Shown here: positions 57,058 through 57,230 of the stretch, piece after piece | How the letters are laid out: each line of letters starts with the position of its first letter | How positions within the stretch are numbered: position 1 is the first letter of the stretch | NCBI GenBank assembly: GCA_963609725.1 | Contig: CAVDLI010000001.1 | Location: forward strand, 1 to 57,230 | Source of the DNA: a bacterium | GTDB taxonomy: Bacteria > Spirochaetota > Spirochaetia > Sphaerochaetales > Sphaerochaetaceae | Direction of reading: 5' to 3' | Length of the DNA stretch: 57,230 nucleotides | Position numbers and translations under genes: made by a program | The notes under the pieces: model-generated | The model's input: the letters and a program-made list of their open reading frames with translations, nothing else | What the model was told of the DNA's origin: nothing | Databases searched by the model: none

Positions 57058-57130
57058 CTATTTATTAGCTTATTAGCCATTTCTTTAGCCATTTTCTATT
57101 GGCCATCTTTTTATTAGCCTTTTTTATTAG
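57001..57130. repeat. About nine degenerate tandem copies of a ~15-nt unit (plus strand TCTTTATTAGTCATC) spanning the MATE start region
   Basis: Two perfect copies (57029-57043 and 57044-57058) are flanked by decaying copies on both sides. On the minus strand each unit reads ATGACTAATAAAGAG. Confidence 0.8.
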
Positions 57131-57230
57131 CTGTATACTCCCTACTAGTTTTGCTCTTCCTATTATCCAAAAGCAACAAATAAAGGCAAGTAGAAAGGCA
57201 AGGTGAAAAGAGTTCTAAATGTGTGTTGGC

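Overview
AT-rich bacterial chromosomal window, mostly housekeeping genes on the minus strand. Read along the minus strand from about 46.3 kb down to 14.3 kb it holds: tRNA-Thr, rpmG, tRNA-Trp, secE, nusG, rplK-rplA-rplJ-rplL, rpoB, rpoC, rpsL, rpsG, an SGNH hydrolase where fusA usually sits, tuf, the full S10/spc/alpha ribosomal cluster (rpsJ to rplQ, with secY followed directly by rpmJ), then rny-ymdB-tlyA. The left end carries grpE-dnaK, a membrane-anchored coiled-coil protein, a HAD hydrolase, der and a GerMN-domain protein. The right end carries glgP, a MobA-like nucleotidyltransferase, clpB, a TetR regulator, an ornithine carbamoyltransferase, rmuC and a MATE transporter. EF-Tu and r-protein sequences plus synteny look spirochaete (Treponema)-like; this is an inference that I could not check by search. 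Three short genes missing from the ORF track (rpmJ, secE, rpmG) and two tRNAs were found by hand translation and folding. The only clearly accessory block is a plus-strand island at about 7.5-14.3 kb. It encodes a dedicated ECF importer (S component, fused double ATPase, T component) followed by four tandem paralogues of the SAM hydroxide adenosyltransferase / SAM hydrolase family (DUF62, related to fluorinase and chlorinase). One paralogue has lost the catalytic triad and one is an N-domain-only protein. This transporter-plus-enzyme-array is my top candidate for an undescribed system, possibly uptake and C5' cleavage of SAM or another 5'-substituted adenosine. Secondary observations: a dispersed intergenic GAGGTTT / TTTTGCAAAA / AAACCTC motif family; three intergenic or start-proximal tandem repeat arrays (periods about 11, 16 and 15 nt) plus a 24-nt duplication inside rmuC; a split str operon; a 23S-rRNA L1-stalk mimic in the rplK leader; a long structured tuf leader; and a Lys-rich tail on Der. 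No CRISPR array, transposase, integrase or rRNA was seen.
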